Under the pieces are notes generated by a model. That model was not told where the DNA came from. It worked only from the letters and a program-made list of their open reading frames with translations, and ran no database searches. From Candidatus Woesearchaeota archaeon (GTDB taxonomy: Archaea; Nanobdellota; Nanobdellia; SCGC-AAA011-G17; JACQNH01): a stretch of DNA of 58,730 bases. The translations under genes and the position numbers were made by a program. The DNA lies in assembly GCA_023246445.1 (NCBI GenBank), contig JAHFIJ010000001.1:1-58730 (forward strand), in the 5' to 3' direction. This document shows, in pieces, positions 17,881-27,118 of the stretch (position 1 is the first letter of the stretch; each line of letters opens with the position of its first letter).

Positions 17881-19371
17881 ATGAATAAAAAATTTATTTT
17901 AACATTTCTTTTAGTATTTGTATTAGCGAGTTTTGTTTCTGCTGCGGAAAATCCGATGATTCTCCGAACTATCAAAGAAATAAAGTCTGTAAATCCTTCT
18001 GATGTCGCTAATTTAGGAATTGGTGTTTACCAAATAAGTGCACAATATAATTTAGGTTCTTATCAACAAGGGCAGTGGATGGGTTTTGAAAATAAAAATT
18101 GTGAAGACTTAAAAATTGGTGCAGTTTGGGTTGAGTTCTCATGGGAAAGGCCAGAAACAAACGTTGTTCTAACTGATGGTGCTGGAAATGAAAGAAAAAT
18201 TTATTTGTCTGCTTCAACTCCTGCTGGAAATTCTACTTATGGGGAATATTACTGGATTGCCGAAGATGGTTCTAGTTATTACGCAAATAGCAATCACGGG
18301 CATGGATGGCCTGATTTAATTTATAAACAAGCATTAGTTCCAGAACATCTAGCAAGAACATCTCTTTCACCAGAACAGAAAAATCCTGCAACTGAAGAAC
18401 CTTTAACATGTGGCGTAGGAAATAATATCATAAAATTAAAAGGTCAATTGGTTGACCAAATGACAAACACTCCAATAGGTAGTGCAAAATTAAATAGCGC
18501 TTACGAATTTTCCCCTAAAGAAGTTATAACGGATAGCAATGGAAATTTTGAATTTACGGTAAGTTCAGATTATATGGGTTCGTGGACTTTTCTAGATAAT
18601 TGTCATGGCTGGTCTGGGAATATTGGATTACAAAAGGATTATCAAGTATGGGGAAATGGACAATTAGAACAGACTTATAAATTAGCTTTAATAAAAGAAA
18701 AATTTGATTCTCAACCTAATGTTCAAGATGTTTTTGGGCAGAGTGAAATAGATATGGGTAAAGTCTATGCTTATCCAAACGCAGATATTTCAATAGAATC
18801 AGATTTATCTGCTAGTTTTGATGTGATGTATAAGTTAAAAAATAGCGAGGGATATAATGGGGGTGGAAATTCTAATTTCAGAGAAGAACATTATTTAACA
18901 GGTGCATTGCCATTGAATTATGATGTTTTTATTCAATTTAAAGACCAAAATGGTGCAGTGCATAAGTCTGCAACATATAATATTCCTAATGACGCAATGT
19001 GTGGAGTTGTAAGCTTAAAATACTTTAATGGAGAATCACAATGGTCTATTCTATCCAAAGTTGAGCCTAGTGAAGAAACAGGACCAATACAAATAGATAT
19101 TCCAGAAACTGTTAAAGAAGAAAATCCACAAGTAATTTCAAATCTTTGTTATGGTTGTTTAAAAGAAACTACTTGCTATCCTCTTGGATACAGAAAGGGT
19201 GGAGAGTTTTGTTCGGAAGGTAAAACATTTGTATTTCAATCACAATCAGATTCGGTATGTGATAATAACTTTGAATGTTCTTCAAATGTTTGTGTTTCTG
19301 GAAAATGTATTTCTGAAGGATTTATTCAGAAAATTCTTAATTGGTTTAAAAGATTATTTGGTGCTGACTAA
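17881..19371 (+). CDS. secreted protein, function unknown, with C-terminal Cys-rich knot
   Basis: 496 aa. Signal peptide MNKKFILTFLLVFVLASFVSAAE. C-terminal CYGCLKETTC...CDNNFECSSNVCVSGKC. Confidence 0.6.
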   Translation: MNKKFILTFLLVFVLASFVSAAENPMILRTIKEIKSVNPSDVANLGIGVYQISAQYNLGSYQQGQWMGFENKNCEDLKIGAVWVEFSWERPETNVVLTDGAGNERKIYLSASTPAGNSTYGEYYWIAEDGSSYYANSNHGHGWPDLIYKQALVPEHLARTSLSPEQKNPATEEPLTCGVGNNIIKLKGQLVDQMTNTPIGSAKLNSAYEFSPKEVITDSNGNFEFTVSSDYMGSWTFLDNCHGWSGNIGLQKDYQVWGNGQLEQTYKLALIKEKFDSQPNVQDVFGQSEIDMGKVYAYPNADISIESDLSASFDVMYKLKNSEGYNGGGNSNFREEHYLTGALPLNYDVFIQFKDQNGAVHKSATYNIPNDAMCGVVSLKYFNGESQWSILSKVEPSEETGPIQIDIPETVKEENPQVISNLCYGCLKETTCYPLGYRKGGEFCSEGKTFVFQSQSDSVCDNNFECSSNVCVSGKCISEGFIQKILNWFKRLFGAD

Positions 19372-19541
19372 AATAAATCTTTGTTTTTCCTTGCCCACCC
19401 CAAACCCCAACATAGTAGGGGAGTTTCTGACTAAAAAGTTAGCTTCCTTCGGAAGATTATTTATAATTAAAATTGAAAATTCTACTTTCCCCCTTCGGTC
19501 GAACCCTGTCTTACAGCCTTTCGCTCCGCTCACCCAGACAT

Positions 19542-19691
19542 AACAGCGCAGGTTACCCCGCAATTACCAAAAATGTATACTGGCAACATCGCCCGATTGC
19601 TAATCTTACAAAAAAGGTCGTGCCAAAATGCAAAACAAGAGATGAGTGGGCAAAAATAATTATGGAACAGCCTGAATGTTTAAACGAAAAC
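19542..19691. repeat. 150-bp direct repeat, copy 2
   Basis: See 17525-17674. Lies between the secreted-protein gene stop and the dnaJ stop. Confidence 0.85.
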
Positions 19692-19750
19692 TAGTCTGTA
19701 AAAGAATTAAAAAGACAAATAGATTAAAAAACCTGATAAAATAATTTCTA

Positions 19751-20632
19751 CTAAAAAATCTTTCCAAAAAATCCATTCTCTTCCAGTTTCAACAGCTCTT
19801 TGTATAATTTTTTCTGTTTATCATTTAACTTTTTAGGCGATTCAATAGTTATCACAACATATAAATCTCCAGATTCTCTCCCATTAAATCCAGGCTCACC
19901 CTCACCTTTAACTCTCAACATACTTCCGGGTTCAACGCCTTGTGGAATTTTAATTTTAATTTTTTTCTCAACTTCAATTTGTGCACTCCCATTACACTTC
20001 TTACAAACCTTTTCAATCATTAAGCCTTCACCACCACAAGATCTGCAGTTTGTTATAGAAGTGAAATATCCAAATGGTGTTCTTCTCTGAACTCTTTTCT
20101 GTCCGCTTCCCTGGCAATCTGAACATTTAATTAGTTCTTTAGTCTCCGAGCCAGTCCCATTACAATGCTTGCAAGATTCTAATTTATTAAGCTCTAAAAT
20201 TTTTTCAACGCTTAAAGCAGCCTCTGGAAATGAGATTGTTAAATCATATCTTAAATCATTGCCTCTTGTTTCCTTTCTTCTTTGATGTCCAAAACCGTGT
20301 CTTCCGCCAAATATATTGAATATATCCGTAAAATCATTAAATCCAAAATCTCTGAAAACAGATTCAAAATCCGCTCCTCGAAATATGTCTTCTTGCGAAT
20401 ATCTTTGATCAAACCCCGCATGTCCAAACTGATCATAAGTTTGTCTTTTAGTATCATCAGATAAAACAGCATAAGCCTCTGAAATTTCTTTAAACTTTTC
20501 CTCAGCTTCTTTGCTTTTATTCAAATCAGGATGATATTTCTTTGCTAAATGTTTATATGCTTTCTTTATTTCCTCTTTAGAAGTATTTTTACTTAAGCCT
20601 AAAATCTCATAATAATCTTTTTTAGTTGTCAT
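19751..20632 (-). CDS. dnaJ: DnaJ co-chaperone, short form
   Basis: 293 aa. J domain with HPD (KKYHPDLNK), G/F region, four CxxCxGxG-type Zn motifs ([32 protein letters not shown]). The C-terminal substrate domain II appears absent. Confidence 0.9.
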   Translation of the reverse strand: MTTKKDYYEILGLSKNTSKEEIKKAYKHLAKKYHPDLNKSKEAEEKFKEISEAYAVLSDDTKRQTYDQFGHAGFDQRYSQEDIFRGADFESVFRDFGFNDFTDIFNIFGGRHGFGHQRRKETRGNDLRYDLTISFPEAALSVEKILELNKLESCKHCNGTGSETKELIKCSDCQGSGQKRVQRRTPFGYFTSITNCRSCGGEGLMIEKVCKKCNGSAQIEVEKKIKIKIPQGVEPGSMLRVKGEGEPGFNGRESGDLYVVITIESPKKLNDKQKKLYKELLKLEENGFFGKIF

Positions 20633-20670
20633 CTTTTTTAACTAAAGCTTTAATTTTTAAAACTATTGTA

Positions 20671-21621
20671 TTAATATTCCCCAGAGGGTAAACCACATAT
20701 TTCCAAAAGAGCATTTAATCTGTTTGGTATTGCCCACTTTAAAAACTCTTTTCTTGAAATAGGAACCATATGATTCCTATAATTTTCAGAACTTAATATT
20801 TGTCTTAAATCCCCGGATTCAAGCCGATTGCCCTTCCCATTAGGATTTTCAAATGAAATACTTCCAAGACCTATCTGCGATGCATTTCCGCCAATTCCAA
20901 GTAATCTTGACATATGGGTATCTGAAGTTGCTATCAATGGTTTTTTATGTATTTCAGCAAAAACCTCGGCAAGAATATTAGATCTTTCCTGATAAGCATC
21001 TCTTAAAAACCTAAATGGTATTTTTTTAGAAAACATTGACATAACAAAATTTTTATATTTATCGGGCAGTAAATTTATACATTGTGCGTTCCACTCTATT
21101 GCATCAAATTCATCAAGATGTTCATCTAACATTCTTTTCCCCATTCCCCCCCAAACTTCAGTATAAGGATGATCTGCAATTACAACTGCATCCTGATCTT
21201 TAGCCATTTTTATAGCTTCCTCCATTGAAGTAGGTTTATTAATCGGAATCTGACGTGGCAAATCAAAAAATAAAATATGCCCTTTTTCTGTTGGGACCTC
21301 CTGCCCCTGATAAAATTGAACAATATCTTCAACACCATCTATTTTTCTAGAGACTGCAAACCATCCAGCTTGTTTAGCTACTACCTCATAACTTCTTCCA
21401 TTTCTATTATGCATCGGTTTCATAAGATTACTTGAAAAATCCAAATATCTAAAGTCTGGCTTGCCAGGCCTTGGAAAATTAGTTATGCCAATACAACTAA
21501 CCCCATTTGAGATACAAACATCAACTAAATCCTTTAATTTAAACTCCCCTGGAGTAAAAACCGGATGTGTATGTGCATCTAATGTTTCTATGTTTCCAGG
21601 AAATTTAATTATCTCTGCCAT
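20671..21621 (-). CDS. PHP-family metal-dependent phosphoesterase
   Basis: 316 aa. LDAHTHP N-terminal His motif, IADHPY, and terminal SDTHM. The start codon lies 3 nt after the dnaK stop. Confidence 0.7.
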   Translation of the reverse strand: MAEIIKFPGNIETLDAHTHPVFTPGEFKLKDLVDVCISNGVSCIGITNFPRPGKPDFRYLDFSSNLMKPMHNRNGRSYEVVAKQAGWFAVSRKIDGVEDIVQFYQGQEVPTEKGHILFFDLPRQIPINKPTSMEEAIKMAKDQDAVVIADHPYTEVWGGMGKRMLDEHLDEFDAIEWNAQCINLLPDKYKNFVMSMFSKKIPFRFLRDAYQERSNILAEVFAEIHKKPLIATSDTHMSRLLGIGGNASQIGLGSISFENPNGKGNRLESGDLRQILSSENYRNHMVPISRKEFLKWAIPNRLNALLEICGLPSGEY

Positions 21622-21623
21622 TT

Positions 21624-23438
21624 TTATTTTACTTCCTCTGCGTCCGCATCATACACTTTTCCATTTTTATTTTCATTCTCAGGATTTTCTTGCTTTGATT
21701 TGTTAGCCTCCTGATACATCTTAGTTCCTATCTCCTGGGCAACTTTTTCTAATTCAGATAATTTCTCTTTAATATCCTCAACATTATCTGATTTAATAGC
21801 TTCTTTCAGCTCTTTTAATTTAGGCTCAATCTTGTCTTTGGTTTCCTGATCAATCTTATCTTTATAATCGGTTAACAATTTTTCAGTTGAATAGACTAAA
21901 GTGTCTGCATTGTTTTTAATTTCAATCAATTCTTTTCTTTTCTTATCCTCTTCAGCAAACTTTTCAGCCTCTTCTCTCATTCTTTCAACTTCTTTCTTGT
22001 CTAGTTTTTGTGTAGACGTAATCCGTATAGACTGTTCTTTTCCTGTTCCTAAATCTTTAGCAGTTACATGAATTATTCCATTTGCATCTATATCAAATGT
22101 AACTTCAATCTGAGGCACACCTCTTGGCGCTGGCGGAATTCCAGTAAGTTCAAATCTCCCAATAGATTTATTGTCTGTAGCCATTTCTCTTTCACCCTGC
22201 AAAACATTTACAGTTACAGCAGGCTGATTATCTGCAGCAGTTGAAAATATCTGAGATTTTTTAGTCGGTATTGTAGTATTTCTTTGTATCAATGGTGTTT
22301 TTATTCCGCCTAAGGTTTCAATTCCTAATGTTAAAGGAGTTACATCTAATAACAAGATATCCTTCACGTCTCCAGCTAAAACCCCTGCCTGAATAGCTGC
22401 GCCCATTGCAACACATTCCATCGGGTCTACTCCGCCCTCAGGTTTCTTATCAGTAATTTTCTCCACAAATTGCCTTACAATCGGCATTCTTGTAGGCCCG
22501 CCAACTAAAATTATTTTATCAATCTGTTTTGAGCTTAATTTAGAATCTTTTACTGCCTGCTCAACAGGTTTTCTGCATCTCTCAATTATTGGTGAAACTA
22601 ATTTTTCTAATTGCGCCCTAGTTAATTTTAATTGTAAATGCTTTTGTCCAGATACAAATGGTAAATTAATATCAGTCTCTAAAACTGTTGATAATTCTAT
22701 TTTAGCCTTTTCAGCAGCTTCTCTTACTCTTTGAACTGCAGTAGCATCTTCATTCAAATCAATTCCAGTTTGTTTTTCAAATTCCCCCATTATAAATTTC
22801 ATCAGCACAGCATCCATATCTGTTCCGCCTAATTGCGTATCGCCTGAAGTGGATTTAACCTCAAATACTCCATCACCAAATTCCATTATAGTTACATCTA
22901 ATGTTCCTGCACCCAAATCAAATACTAATATTTTAGCCTCTTTGTCTTGTCTATCCAAACCAAATGCTAATGAAGCAGCAGTTGGCTCATTTACAATCCT
23001 TACAACCTCTAATCCCGCTATAGTCCCGGCATCTTTCGTAGCCTGTCTCTGATCATCATCAAAATAAGCAGGCACAGTTATAACTGCCTTATCAATCTTA
23101 TCACCTAAGAACTGTTCAGCATCCTTCTTGATTTTTTGCAATACAAAAGCAGAAATCTGTTGCGGGGTATATTCTTTATTATGAATTTTATACTTAAAAC
23201 TTGTGCCCATTTTTCTCTTGGCAGCCATCACTGTTGCCTCTGGATTTGAAACTGCCATTCTTCTAGCAGGCTCTCCAACTAAAACTTGTCCATCTTTTGT
23301 AAATGAAACTACAGATGGAAATGCCTTGCCATATAATGAAGCACCCTCAGCGCTTGGAATTATAACTGGTCTCCCCCCTTGCATAACAGCAGCTGCAGAA
23401 TTCGCAGTGCCCAAATCTATACCTATGATCTTTGCCAT
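21624..23438 (-). CDS. dnaK: Hsp70 chaperone DnaK
   Basis: 604 aa. [20 protein letters not shown] and [11 protein letters not shown] motifs. Confidence 0.97.
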   Translation of the reverse strand: MAKIIGIDLGTANSAAAVMQGGRPVIIPSAEGASLYGKAFPSVVSFTKDGQVLVGEPARRMAVSNPEATVMAAKRKMGTSFKYKIHNKEYTPQQISAFVLQKIKKDAEQFLGDKIDKAVITVPAYFDDDQRQATKDAGTIAGLEVVRIVNEPTAASLAFGLDRQDKEAKILVFDLGAGTLDVTIMEFGDGVFEVKSTSGDTQLGGTDMDAVLMKFIMGEFEKQTGIDLNEDATAVQRVREAAEKAKIELSTVLETDINLPFVSGQKHLQLKLTRAQLEKLVSPIIERCRKPVEQAVKDSKLSSKQIDKIILVGGPTRMPIVRQFVEKITDKKPEGGVDPMECVAMGAAIQAGVLAGDVKDILLLDVTPLTLGIETLGGIKTPLIQRNTTIPTKKSQIFSTAADNQPAVTVNVLQGEREMATDNKSIGRFELTGIPPAPRGVPQIEVTFDIDANGIIHVTAKDLGTGKEQSIRITSTQKLDKKEVERMREEAEKFAEEDKKRKELIEIKNNADTLVYSTEKLLTDYKDKIDQETKDKIEPKLKELKEAIKSDNVEDIKEKLSELEKVAQEIGTKMYQEANKSKQENPENENKNGKVYDADAEEVK

Positions 23439-23439
23439 T

Positions 23440-24033
23440 TTATTTTCCCCCCAAAATCTCTTCTTTCTTTTTTATTTCTTTTCCGAAGTTTTCTCTTAAG
23501 AAAAGCTCTCCCGAAGCCACTTTAACTCTAGATGGCCTCAATAGTTTTTCCTTAAACATATACCCCTTTTGTATCTCTTCAACAATCTCACCATCTTTTT
23601 TACCATCCACATTTACTTTTTGTATTGGTTCATGCTTAAATGGATCAAACTTATCCCCTACAGATTTAATCTCCCTTAAACCATGATCTTCCAATGTTTT
23701 TTTCAGATTATTAAATATCATTTTCACACCTTTTACAATCTCTTCATCCTCAACTTGTAAATTTTTAATAGCATTCTCAAAATCATCCATAACATTCAGC
23801 AACTTAAATGTTAAATCAAATGCAGCATATTCTTTATGCATCCTTACCTGGCATTCAATCCTCTTTTGATAGTTCTGAAACTCTGCCTGTAATCTCTGCA
23901 AATGCTCTATTGTATTCTTTAACTCATTGTTTTGTTTTTCTAATTCTTCAGTCAACTCTTTATTCCTCTTATCTAAGTCTATGTTTTCATTCTCTCTTTC
24001 TAAATCCTTTAATTTTTGTGGGTTTTTAGTCAT
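23440..24033 (-). CDS. grpE: nucleotide exchange factor GrpE
   Basis: 197 aa. Coiled-coil N-terminus, then GrpE core (FDPFKHEPI...[14 protein letters not shown]). The stop lies 1 nt before the dnaK start. Confidence 0.9.
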   Translation of the reverse strand: MTKNPQKLKDLERENENIDLDKRNKELTEELEKQNNELKNTIEHLQRLQAEFQNYQKRIECQVRMHKEYAAFDLTFKLLNVMDDFENAIKNLQVEDEEIVKGVKMIFNNLKKTLEDHGLREIKSVGDKFDPFKHEPIQKVNVDGKKDGEIVEEIQKGYMFKEKLLRPSRVKVASGELFLRENFGKEIKKKEEILGGK

Positions 24034-24062
24034 TTTTTAATACAATTACTCTTAGTTTTCTT

Positions 24063-24099
24063 GTTGACCTTAAATCAACATAGTCTAGATAATATCAAC
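24063..24099. promoter_or_regulatory. candidate tandem operator sites in the grpE-dnaK promoter
   Basis: Site 1 at 24063-24079 is GTTGACCTTAAATCAAC. Site 2 at 24083-24099 is the degenerate GTCTAGATAATATCAAC. Both lie between the TATA (TTTATAAA, 24102-24109, minus strand) and the grpE ATG. Confidence 0.4.
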
Positions 24100-24220
24100 C
24101 CTTTATAAACCTTTCGTTTAGCTGGATTTGACCACTAACACGTCATAAACTTCATCTTTAAATTAAATTCTAAAACACAGGTTCAGAAGCCTTTTATATT
24201 CAATTAAATCGTTCAAAAAA

Positions 24221-24646
24221 ATGGGTAAAAACAACTATACTCCTTATTTTAGCTGTGTTATTCATACAATAGGCAACTATTTTGATAGTCTTTTAGCCAT
24301 ATTACCAAGATTCAATCACCAAGTAGAACTTCCAAAGGATACAATCCCAAAAGAACCAACTTTAGAAGAATTAAGACAAAGAATTGAAAAAGCTGACCGA
24401 ATGATACTTGAAGGCCTAGCAAAAAGAATTAAAGCTTGCGGAGAATTAGGCGAATTTAAAAGAGTATATAATGTGCCTGTTCCTGATTGGAAAAGGGAAC
24501 TAGAAGTAGAAAAAGAATGGGTAAAAATAATCAACCCTTCCCAAAATAGGCTTTTAGTATATGTTCAACAAATGTGTCGTCTGGTAATAGAGATGTCTAA
24601 AGTGATACAGGAAGATAAACAAATAAAAGATTACAATCCCAAATAA
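24221..24646 (+). CDS. AroQ-type chorismate mutase-like protein
   Basis: LEELRQRIEKADRMILEGLAKRIKACGELGEFKRVYNVPVPDWKRELEV matches the CM type II helix pattern (LR..ID..D..L..LL..R......K......D..RE). The ~45-aa N-terminal extension is uncertain. Confidence 0.5.
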   Translation: MGKNNYTPYFSCVIHTIGNYFDSLLAILPRFNHQVELPKDTIPKEPTLEELRQRIEKADRMILEGLAKRIKACGELGEFKRVYNVPVPDWKRELEVEKEWVKIINPSQNRLLVYVQQMCRLVIEMSKVIQEDKQIKDYNPK

Positions 24647-25053
24647 CTAAAAACCAATAATAAAATATTAACTAAATAAATACTGTTGCAGATTAAACAA
24701 AAGCTTCTAACCTTAAAATATAATATATAAGCCAGATATATTGAACCTAAAACAGCTATTAAAGATAAATAAAATACATAAGTCATACTATAAAAGCTCA
24801 ATAAAAACACAATAATGTAAAATATCATTCCATAAAAAGAATTAGATATCCCAAAGGTCTTTCCATAATGGCTATTAAAAGCCTTGGTGCAGGAGATTTT
24901 ATTATTTATATCGCAAACAGCCTTATAATTTTTATTTTTAGATTTTATTTCAACATAACAAGAATACAAGGATAATAATAAACCAATAATACTTACTATA
25001 ACCACCCCTAAAGAAGATATCATACTTTTAGATATTAAAGAGATATACACCAT
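24631..25053 (-). CDS. VKOR-family (vitamin K epoxide reductase-like) membrane thiol oxidoreductase
   Basis: 140 aa, 4 TM helices. Loop Cys pair C-x7-C (CDINNKISC) and CxxC in the last TM (CLIC). Confidence 0.7.
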   Translation of the reverse strand: MVYISLISKSMISSLGVVIVSIIGLLLSLYSCYVEIKSKNKNYKAVCDINNKISCTKAFNSHYGKTFGISNSFYGMIFYIIVFLLSFYSMTYVFYLSLIAVLGSIYLAYILYFKVRSFCLICNSIYLVNILLLVFSYLGL

Positions 25054-25085
25054 AAAAATAAAATTATTTATGCATATTTAAATCT

Positions 25086-25676
25086 TTAGTAGCTTAAAAA
25101 AATAATCTTGCATTTAGACATCTTTTTATAAAACTCCAAATCAGGTTTCTTGTTTCCTGCTGTGTAATATATTTGATCTAATCCAGTCCAGCCAGTAAAC
25201 CACCCACCAGCTTCAAATAAAACAGTAAAAAAATGTATTATTAAATTAGATGACCCTAAAGAAGATAAAAAAGCAGCTAAAATTATCATACCCAGCCCCC
25301 CAAATGCAAAATACCAGCCCTTTCTTTTTATTTTACTTACTTCCAGATTAATTGAATTATGATGCTTCCTGAAGTGTTCTTTCAATCTCTTCTTTATTTG
25401 TTCTTCACTATTAAAATTTCTTAATTTTTTAGGAACAAGAAATTCCAAACCTACATCTTCTTTATCTATACTTGCCCTTTTAGCCTCCTGCAAAAAATCA
25501 TCAGATAATGCCTTTTCATGATAAGGTCTTGGATCAAAACCAGAAAAAATATCTTCATAAGTATTCAAAATTAAACTGATTTTAGATCTTTGTAATAATT
25601 TCCACTCTTTTCCTTTTTTAAATATCTTTCTCTTCTTCGCTTTTATATAATATCTTTTTTTCACTCTCTTTTTCAT
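25086..25676 (-). CDS. membrane protein, function unknown
   Basis: 196 aa. Lys/Arg-rich N-terminus and two C-terminal TM helices. Confidence 0.45.
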   Translation of the reverse strand: MKKRVKKRYYIKAKKRKIFKKGKEWKLLQRSKISLILNTYEDIFSGFDPRPYHEKALSDDFLQEAKRASIDKEDVGLEFLVPKKLRNFNSEEQIKKRLKEHFRKHHNSINLEVSKIKRKGWYFAFGGLGMIILAAFLSSLGSSNLIIHFFTVLFEAGGWFTGWTGLDQIYYTAGNKKPDLEFYKKMSKCKIIFLSY

Positions 25677-25831
25677 ACTTATGTTAAGAACTTTATATAT
25701 TTAAAGATAATGCTTGCAATCTAAACCATATGTATGACATAAACATATGTCCATTTTTTCTTTAATTTCTAATCATTTAAAACAATTTATGAAATGCAGC
25801 TAAAAGAAATTCGGTTACTTTATAAACTAAC

Positions 25832-25848
25832 GTTGACCTTAAATCAAC
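25832..25848. promoter_or_regulatory. candidate operator in the promoter of the wHTH regulator gene
   Basis: Exact GTTGACCTTAAATCAAC, 4 nt downstream of TATA TTTATAAA (25820-25827) and ending 1 nt before the ATG at 25850. Confidence 0.4.
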
Positions 25849-25849
25849 C

Positions 25850-26260
25850 ATGAAAGAAGAAATCTATGAGAAAATACTAATAATAAGAACTAAAAAACCA
25901 GAGGGCAATAATATTAATGCAGACTTGCAATGGTTCTCAAGATCATTAGGATTATTTAATGAAAGAGACAGGGAAAAAAGCTGTTTTAGGATATTTATAG
26001 AATTAGTTAAAGCTACTAAAAATGACAAAAAACTAAGAAGCGATGATCTAGCAGAAAAATCACATCTGTCAAGGGCAACAGTTATCCATCACTTAAACAC
26101 CCTTATGGAAAGAGGTCTTGTAATAAGTAAGAATAATAGATATCTTTTAAGGGAAAGTTCTTTCAATGACCTACTAGAAGATTTAGAAAAAGATTTCTTT
26201 AAAACCTTCAAAGATTTAAAAAAGAAGGCTATAGAATTGGATAGAGAATTAGAAAATTAG
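25850..26260 (+). CDS. winged-helix (ArsR/MarR-like) transcriptional regulator
   Basis: 136 aa. LAEKSHLSRATVIHHLNTLMERGLV recognition-helix region and a C-terminal coiled coil. Confidence 0.7.
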   Translation: MKEEIYEKILIIRTKKPEGNNINADLQWFSRSLGLFNERDREKSCFRIFIELVKATKNDKKLRSDDLAEKSHLSRATVIHHLNTLMERGLVISKNNRYLLRESSFNDLLEDLEKDFFKTFKDLKKKAIELDRELEN

Positions 26261-26302
26261 TAATATATAACTTTTTAAAAATATCTTAGTAATGCATACT
26301 AC

Positions 26303-26998
26303 TCAACCCATATAGTAAGTTCCTTTCTCTTCCTGCTGTTCTTTAACTTTTTTTGTTTTATCAACTATCCCTTTGATCTTAGATTCAAATTGTTGCGCCT
26401 TTTTCAACAATGGTTCATATGGTATCTTTAATCCCAGATAATTATCCAAACTTTCTATTATTTTAGCAGATGCTCTGGAATCAGGCGTTGCAGTATTTGT
26501 CTCAGCAAAAATACAAGTAATAGGTAAACTGTTGGACTTCAAGACCAAAGCACCAGTAACCCCCATCACTATTCCTTCAGTTAATTTTGTTAATTTTGAC
26601 TTTTTATCTTTGCCAGAAAATATAAATGATCTTGGTTCTTGTTCTGTTAAACTAGGGTTCCCTATTCCCTCTAAACAAATAATCTCCTTGGCATTTAATT
26701 GTTTGCTTAACTCTTCAATTGCTAGTGCTATATCCCACTCTTTTCCATTCACCTGTGTTAAAGCATGCACAATTACAATATTAGATTTTTTATCATAATA
26801 AATTTCAATTGGCTGTATTATCTTTCCCTGATGAATCGCAGCTATGGGGCTTAATTCACTTGAGCTAAAATATCCTATAGATTTTGCATTTAAATGAGAT
26901 ATTAAAAATTCTGTTGAGATCGTCCCTACAAACCCAAATCCGGGAAAGCCGCATATCACAATTGGTTTTTTTGGTTTAGAAATTAATACAAGCTTCAT
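26303..26998 (-). CDS. PAC2-family proteasome assembly chaperone-like protein
   Basis: 231 aa. N-terminus KPIVICGFPGFGFVGTISTEFLI is typical of the archaeal PAC2/DUF75 family. Confidence 0.65.
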   Translation of the reverse strand: MKLVLISKPKKPIVICGFPGFGFVGTISTEFLISHLNAKSIGYFSSSELSPIAAIHQGKIIQPIEIYYDKKSNIVIVHALTQVNGKEWDIALAIEELSKQLNAKEIICLEGIGNPSLTEQEPRSFIFSGKDKKSKLTKLTEGIVMGVTGALVLKSNSLPITCIFAETNTATPDSRASAKIIESLDNYLGLKIPYEPLLKKAQQFESKIKGIVDKTKKVKEQQEEKGTYYMG

Positions 26999-27118
26999 TT
27001 TAATTCCTAAATCTAAACTTCTTTAAATAGGTTGTCATATTACTTTAGGGTAGCAAATTCAACTCAAAAAGTTATTTAAATAGACAAAACAAAATAAAAC
27101 GGCAAAAAAGGAGGAAAA

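Noticed and set aside
17426-19694. Track ORFs 17426-17650 and 19473-19694 share the peptide AG(C/Y)PAITKNVYWQH(P/R)PIANLTKKVVPKCKTRDEWAKIIM, suggesting a duplicated small protein.
   Set aside because: The N-termini are unrelated. Copy 2 needs a TTG start far upstream, copy 1 has a stop where copy 2 reads on, there is no Shine-Dalgarno, and the nucleotide differences are not biased to synonymous positions. I treated these as non-coding repeats.
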